IMG/VR virus record: IMGVR_UViG_3300037790_000077
DNA: 48,300 nt
Source of the DNA: a virus
Direction: 5' to 3' (one strand)
Below the pieces are notes generated by a model. The model saw only the letters and a program-made list of their open reading frames with translations. It was not told where the DNA came from and made no database searches. The position numbers and the translations under genes were made by a program. Below are positions 44,604 to 48,300 of the stretch, in pieces (the stretch's first letter is position 1; each line of letters starts with the position of its first letter).

Positions 44604-45001
44604 GCCGGGACCTCCTCTTGATGATTTCGCGAAACAGCCGCTTCGGCGCGGGCGCGCTCTTCGGCCTGGGCGCTGACGAGTGCGTCGACCACGGCGAACA
44701 CGGCGCCGTCCGGTGCCGAGCGGGCCTGCGATGCGTGCAGGTCCTGCAGATCCCAACCCGCGGGCGGGCGCAGCCTGTCGGCCAGCAGGCTTTCCACGAT
44801 CCAGATTGCATCCAGCAACAGCTTCGCGTCGTCTGGGCACTGCGGCCGCATGGCAGGGACCCGCACATCGGTAAGACCGGTCAGCGTGCCGTCGGCGCGG
44901 AATCCCGCATCAACGCCCAGCACGAGGCCGCGCCACGATATCACCAGCGTCCGGATGCCACCGAAGGCGGCGGGGTGCTGAACCCTGACCCCGGCGCTCA
45001 C
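44600..45001 (-). CDS. Hypothetical protein, ~133 aa
   Basis: Track ORF 44600..45037. The GTG at 45001 gives a GTGA overlap with the upstream small ORF. An alternative ATG lies at 44851. Confidence 0.5.
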   Translation of the reverse strand: MSAGVRVQHPAAFGGIRTLVISWRGLVLGVDAGFRADGTLTGLTDVRVPAMRPQCPDDAKLLLDAIWIVESLLADRLRPPAGWDLQDLHASQARSAPDGAVFAVVDALVSAQAEERARAEAAVSRNHQEEVPA

Positions 45002-45138
45002 GACAGCCCCCTGATCGCGATCTCGCGCAGAGCCCACATCGCATTGGCCAGCCCGGCCCCGGCCAGCGCGGCCAGCACCAGCAGGGCGAGAATGCCCGCC
45101 GCGCCCATCGCTTCATCGTCGCGTCGAACCGCCTTCAT
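44998..45138 (-). CDS. Small single-TM protein, 46 aa (not in the ORF track)
   Basis: MKAVRRDDEAMGAAGILALLVLAALAGAGLANAMWALREIAIRGLS. Its ATG overlaps the upstream stop (ATGA at 45135..45138). Confidence 0.55.
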   Translation of the reverse strand: MKAVRRDDEAMGAAGILALLVLAALAGAGLANAMWALREIAIRGLS

Positions 45139-45635
45139 TCCGCTTCCCCCCTCAAGAATGGATGATCGTCCAGCAACTGGGCCTCGGCCGCGGCAAAGGC
45201 GCGCTGCGCCTCTCGCAGGGCTTTCAGGAATTCCGGCGCCTCGGTGCGATCCACCTTGCCGTCGCGCAGATCCTCGCTGGCCTGGGCACCGAACTCGCAG
45301 GCCTCGCGCAGCGCGTCGAACATCACGCCCCGGCCCGTCACCGCCGCCGCCACCGGCATCAGGCGAAAGCCCGCAATCCGCGCCAGCGCTTCGGTCACAA
45401 AGGGCCGCCGCGCGCGCCTTTCGGCATCGGCGATCACGTCGACGGGCGCAAAGGCGGGCTGTTCATGCTTGACGTAATTGCGCAAAGTCTCGGCCGAGCC
45501 CGCGCGTGTTTCCTCAAAGAACTGCTCCGGCCCGCCCGCATCCTTGAAGGCCAGCCGGGTGGCATTCTTCAGCGCGGCATAATCATCCGCGCCCAGCACC
45601 CGGCATTCCGGCGGCTTGGCAACCCGTCCGCTCAT
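45135..45635 (-). CDS. Hypothetical protein, 166 aa, first gene of the early operon
   Basis: GGGAGGG RBS 9 nt upstream of the ATG at 45635. Composition is protein-like. Confidence 0.75.
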   Translation of the reverse strand: MSGRVAKPPECRVLGADDYAALKNATRLAFKDAGGPEQFFEETRAGSAETLRNYVKHEQPAFAPVDVIADAERRARRPFVTEALARIAGFRLMPVAAAVTGRGVMFDALREACEFGAQASEDLRDGKVDRTEAPEFLKALREAQRAFAAAEAQLLDDHPFLRGEAE

Positions 45636-45670
45636 TCTTGGGACCCTCCCGGCTTTCCCGATTTGCAGGC

Positions 45671-45700
45671 CATGCCGGGCAAGCCATGCTTGCCGGCATG
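45671..45700. promoter_or_regulatory. 30-bp imperfect palindrome upstream of the early operon
   Basis: CATGCCGGGCAAG cc atg CTTGCCGGCATG, 36 bp upstream of the ATG at 45635. Confidence 0.4.
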
Positions 45701-46161
45701 AAACGGCACGGCATCACACCCGCCGCGATTGCGGCTCTGGCGCGCCAATGGGGCGCCCCGGCCTGTGCCGCGCGCGACCGGCGCGTGGCGGCCTGGACGA
45801 ATGAAGACATGGCAGGGGCGGCGCTGGCCGGGGGCAGGACCGGACAGGGGATCAACGCCGCCCCCGCCCCGCATGCGCCCGGCGGCACCCATCGCACGGC
45901 GCGCAAGGCGAGAGCCCGCACCGGTGCAGGGGGACGCGGCGCCGCCACGGCGCATGCGGAAGGGGATGAAGGCACGGAAAAAGGTGCCCGCACCGGCCGT
46001 CTCATCGGCGCGGGCACCAGGCAGGGAGCCGGGGAAAATGACTGAGAACCCGGCACCCGGGGGAAAGCTGTGGATATTGCAGCGCAACACGCGCGGGTTG
46101 CGCGGGGCGGGCGTGACACCCGTCACGCTCACGCCGGAATTTTCCGGATCATGGCTAGCCC

Positions 46162-46368
46162 ATGTTCCGTTTGGTGTGTTCCGGTGTTCTGGCCGTCCGT
46201 TCGGCCCTGCAGCGATTATGGCGCGCCTGCCCGGTTTGCGCCCGCGGACACCTTCGGCCCGAACCGGCCCCGCGCGGGCCGCGCTATGTCCATGTCGAGA
46301 TCCGGCTGCAGCGCTGCAGCCATTGCAGCCATCGTGCGGCGCGCGTGATCCCGGCCACGGATCGTTAA
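46162..46368 (+). CDS. Doubtful small zinc-ribbon ORF (C-x2-C ... C-x2-C, Mu Com-like spacing)
   Basis: ACPVCARGHL ... VHVEIRLQRCSHC. Codon-position GC periodicity is weak, there is no clear RBS, and an 18-bp palindrome lies inside it. Confidence 0.25.
   Translation: MFRLVCSGVLAVRSALQRLWRACPVCARGHLRPEPAPRGPRYVHVEIRLQRCSHCSHRAARVIPATDR
46304..46321. repeat. Perfect 18-bp palindrome GGCTGCAGCGCTGCAGCC
   Basis: Read directly from the sequence. Confidence 0.9.
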
Positions 46369-46456
46369 CCACAATCCCGCGTAAATTGCTGATTATTTTA
46401 TGCAAATTCACGCCAAGGTCGGCGCGGAATGTCGCAGCCGAACCCTTGGTTGGTTG

Positions 46457-46473
46457 TGTCACCCGCGGTGACA
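46457..46473. promoter_or_regulatory. 17-bp palindrome TGTCACC-CGC-GGTGACA upstream of the 94-aa gene
   Basis: 7-bp perfect arms, ending 38 bp upstream of the TTG start at 46511 and downstream of an A/T-rich island (46381..46414). Confidence 0.4.
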
Positions 46474-46510
46474 GTTCATTCCCCTCGCCCCCGGGCAAGG
46501 GAGAAGGACA

Positions 46511-46795
46511 TTGGAAATTCGAGTACGCGGTGCACCCGCGCAGTACGACTGGACGGCCGACCGCAAGTCGGCGGCCCTCACCTGGCAGGTCGAGGATATC
46601 CGCATCATTCCCGGCGACCCCGCCGAACGCATCAAGCTCGTCATCGAGGGCGAGCGCGCGGCGTGGTTCTGGGTGTGGGGAAACACCGACGCCGGCCTGC
46701 TGCAGGAGACCATGGAAGCCCAGTTCGAAGGCAAGCCCTCGCGCCTGCTCGAGGAGGTGCGGGCCGCCTTCGCGCGATATCTGCGCCGCGAGTGA
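46511..46795 (+). CDS. Hypothetical protein, 94 aa, convergent with the Cro-like gene
   Basis: TTG start with GAGAAGGA upstream. A hand tally gives a clear pos3 > pos1 > pos2 GC pattern. Composition is Trp/Glu-rich and protein-like. Confidence 0.7.
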   Translation: MEIRVRGAPAQYDWTADRKSAALTWQVEDIRIIPGDPAERIKLVIEGERAAWFWVWGNTDAGLLQETMEAQFEGKPSRLLEEVRAAFARYLRRE

Positions 46796-46797
46796 CA

Positions 46798-47043
46798 TCA
46801 GGAGGCCTCGCGCTGGAACGGCTTGTCTTTCACGGCTCGGCGGGCGCGGGCGTCCTTGTCCATCTTCTTCAAACGGGCGCTGGCCTGCGCAAGCGTGTCC
46901 CAGCGGATTCCCCGCTTTCCGGCCTCGATCTGGCTTAATACCAGACCGCCGCCCAGAAGCTTGCGGGACAAGGTCGAGAACGCCATTCCGTGTTCCTTGC
47001 AGAAGGCGTGCGCGTCACGGATCAGATCAGTGGGTGTCGTCAT
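46798..47043 (-). CDS. Cro-like small DNA-binding protein
   Basis: 81 aa, divergent from the XRE repressor across an operator-containing 100-bp region. It has an HTH-like segment FSTLSRKLLGGGLVLSQIEAGK. Confidence 0.7.
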   Translation of the reverse strand: MTTPTDLIRDAHAFCKEHGMAFSTLSRKLLGGGLVLSQIEAGKRGIRWDTLAQASARLKKMDKDARARRAVKDKPFQREAS

Positions 47044-47054
47044 GATGACCGAAA

Positions 47055-47070
47055 AGTGCGCTAAAACACA
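47055..47070. promoter_or_regulatory. Operator-like site S1 (AGTGCGCTAAAACACA)
   Basis: A member of the four-copy motif, 12 bp from the Cro-like start codon. Confidence 0.5.
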
Positions 47071-47090
47071 TTTTCAGTCAAGCCGTCGCG

Positions 47091-47106
47091 AGTGTGTCAT
47101 AACACA
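47091..47106. promoter_or_regulatory. Operator-like site S2 (AGTGTGTCATAACACA)
   Basis: TGTGT/ACACA dyad, 36 bp from S1 in the divergent immunity intergenic region. Confidence 0.5.
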
Positions 47107-47143
47107 TTCGCCAGCGATTGCCCTTATGGGGCAAGATAATCGC

Positions 47144-47554
47144 ATGGATATTCGCGGCCGAATCCGACAACTGATAGAGGAAAGAGGGCTCAAAGTTCAG
47201 CGAGTTTCGCTGGACGCCGGCTTGGGCCAAACGACCTTGCGCGACTACCTCAACGACGAGGATCGCGGCATTACAGACAAATCACTACTTAAGCTGGCAG
47301 ACTATTTTGAGCTGTCTTTTTCAGACTTCTTGCTCGGAACCCCGTTTCAACACGAGGAAGCAAGCGAACTCTGGCGCCTGATGAGCGACGAAGAGCGGAG
47401 CGGCGCAATCGCATATATGCGAACCGTCATCGAACAGCGGCGCCCCCGCAACTGGCGGTCCATATTCGATCGCCCCCAACTGCACGCGGCGGAAAAACAA
47501 GACGAATTCACTCGCGAAGATCCATCCGGCACGCGACAGCCGCGCAGATCATAA
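47144..47554 (+). CDS. XRE-family HTH repressor (CI-like, no peptidase domain)
   Basis: MDIRGRIRQLIEERGLKVQRVSLDAGLGQTTLRDYLN is a typical XRE HTH. An alternative in-frame ATG lies at 47126. GC is lower than the genome average. Confidence 0.85.
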   Translation: MDIRGRIRQLIEERGLKVQRVSLDAGLGQTTLRDYLNDEDRGITDKSLLKLADYFELSFSDFLLGTPFQHEEASELWRLMSDEERSGAIAYMRTVIEQRRPRNWRSIFDRPQLHAAEKQDEFTREDPSGTRQPRRS

Positions 47555-47559
47555 CGCCG

Positions 47560-48081
47560 CTACCGGTTCGCCGTACCGTCGGCTTCATGCACTCGGACGC
47601 CAATAGCGAATACTGCCATTGCCTCTGCATTATCGGCATTGAACGGAAGCTCAAAGCGCAACATTTCCCGCTCCACAGCACCGGTGACCGCTTCGCGCGT
47701 GAACGCCCCGCCCCATGCGGAGTAGGTGCTCATATAGAACGCCATGGGATCCTGTCTTTTCGCGACAAGATCGCCCTGCGGACTTAGCGTGAACTCAGCT
47801 ACGAACCCATCAAAGTCAGTACCATTGCGCACAAGACCGACAACAGGAACAAGCGTCCAGGGATTCATGCTTCCTCGTGCAGAGTAGTAGCGCCACTGCG
47901 ATCCCGAAGCACCGATCAGTACATCGTGAGGCTGGCCGTATAGATAGTAGATATCCCGAGGGCTGGTTTGCCCCACTACGACACGCTCAAACCTTGCCTG
48001 GTCAAGCACCGCGTCGTCCCCGACCGGAAGCGCGCACCCCGAAAAAGCAACACATGCTGCGACGACAATACCCAGACGCAT
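47560..48081 (-). CDS. Lipoprotein with a BamE/SmpA-OmlA-like segment (moron candidate)
   Basis: Trimmed to the ATG at 48081 (G-rich RBS). MRLGIVVAACVAFSGC is a lipoprotein signal. VVVGQTSPRDIYYLYGQP resembles the OmlA/BamE fold motif. GC is lower than in neighbours. Confidence 0.8.
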   Translation of the reverse strand: MRLGIVVAACVAFSGCALPVGDDAVLDQARFERVVVGQTSPRDIYYLYGQPHDVLIGASGSQWRYYSARGSMNPWTLVPVVGLVRNGTDFDGFVAEFTLSPQGDLVAKRQDPMAFYMSTYSAWGGAFTREAVTGAVEREMLRFELPFNADNAEAMAVFAIGVRVHEADGTANR

Positions 48082-48162
48082 TTCACCCCCCCTAGTCTCT
48101 CGCTCCCACAACCTTACAACATCCATCGACGCCTATCCAATCCTTGATCCGGCGGCCGCGGC

Positions 48163-48178
48163 AGTGTGCAAAAACATT
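48163..48178. promoter_or_regulatory. Operator-like site S3 (AGTGTGCAAAAACATT)
   Basis: Matches the motif at 14 of 16 aligned positions. It spans the circular junction and lies 28 bp upstream of S4. Confidence 0.4.
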
Positions 48179-48300
48179 TTTTGTTTGACGAGTGTGTTTT
48201 AACACACTTATTGTCCCTCCGATTTTCGGAGGACATCCCATGCCTGACTGGCTCCGCCATCCCGTCATCACCGTGCCGCTCGAAGCGATCGGATTCGTGC
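48174..48300. repeat. Right copy of the exact 127-bp terminal overlap (duplicate of 1..127)
   Basis: Identical base for base to 1..127. It contains the same operator, promoter, hairpin and first 61 nt of the small ORF. Confidence 0.95.

Noticed and set aside
44910-45116. A 68-aa minus-strand track ORF (MKRWARRAFSPCWCW...).
   Set aside because: It is in a different frame from the better-supported 46-aa TM ORF (44998..45138) and the 44600..45001 gene that together cover the same DNA with coupled junctions. Its composition is Arg/Trp/Cys/Pro-rich.
45638-46045. A 135-aa plus-strand ORF (MKRHGITPAAIAALARQWG...) divergent from the early operon.
   Set aside because: The N-terminal ~40 aa look HTH-like, but the rest is Gly/Ala/Arg low complexity. 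Second codon positions are about as GC-rich as third positions and there is no RBS. It is not annotated as a gene, although it could be tested by ribosome profiling.
46069-46077. TGTGGATAT, an 8-of-9 match to the reverse complement of the DnaA box TTATCCACA.
   Set aside because: It is a single copy. One-mismatch 9-mer matches are expected by chance several times in 96 kb of two-strand sequence. The iteron array at 37031..37161 is a far better origin candidate.
45632-46798. A 388-aa minus-strand ORF whose start overlaps the Cro-like stop by 1 nt and whose stop forms an ATGA overlap with the first early gene.
   Set aside because: The boundaries look tempting. However, the sequence is Arg/Gly/Pro-rich nonsense, and its first 95 codons are antisense to a much better plus-strand gene (46511..46795) with proper codon-position GC bias. 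The remainder shows no 3-nt periodicity in my hand tally. It is kept only as a caveat in the finding on 45636..46510.

Overview
The window is a complete, circularly closed genome of about 48.2 kb. Bases 1..127 are identical to 48174..48300, so the unique length is 48,173 bp. It belongs to a GC-rich temperate siphovirus, or its excised prophage, and the host is probably an alphaproteobacterium. No rRNA, tRNA, CRISPR array or transposase was seen.

Layout:
- 67..4014 (+): a seven-gene operon of unknown function whose genes are joined by ATGA start/stop overlaps.
- 3950..5323 (-): a tyrosine integrase, next to an AT-rich attP-like region with repeated TTGTGTGGC arm-type motifs.
- 5632..7951: a small accessory island with mixed gene orientation, including an SRAP/YedK-like protein.
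- 35578 down to 7952 (-): one long late block. In order it holds a ParB-like nuclease, TerS, a GpA-type TerL, gpW, a lambda-type portal, an S49 protease/scaffold, a decoration protein, a gpE-like capsid protein, connector proteins, the major tail protein, G/GT tail chaperones with a GGGAAAC -1 frameshift site, the tape measure, minor tail proteins, an NlpC/P60 peptidase, a J-like host-specificity protein, a collagen-like fibre, a low-GC fibre-tip gene, a membrane-anchored SLT endolysin and overlapped spanins.
- 45635 down to 35786 (-): the early/replication block. It holds a MazG-like protein, DUF2303, ASCH, DnaB, a C5-cytosine methyltransferase and an HTH_36-type initiator with iterons inside its own gene.
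- 45636..46510: a region poor in ORFs and dense in palindromes.
- 46511..48081: the immunity region, with a 94-aa gene, a Cro-like gene, an XRE repressor and a low-GC lipoprotein gene.

Observations most worth follow-up:
- the roughly 0.87-kb non-coding-looking region upstream of the early operon
- six tandem repeats of about 34 aa inside the C5 methyltransferase
- a lambda-ori-like iteron array embedded in the initiator gene
- a 16-bp operator motif shared by two separate divergent promoter regions
- two divergent paralogues of a small Cys/Trp-motif protein, one in the lysis module and one in the replication module
- an endolysin fused to three predicted transmembrane helices
- small genes that are only found by following the phage's pervasive ATGA/GTGA coupling rule

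All functional calls rest on motif recognition by eye. No database search was run.
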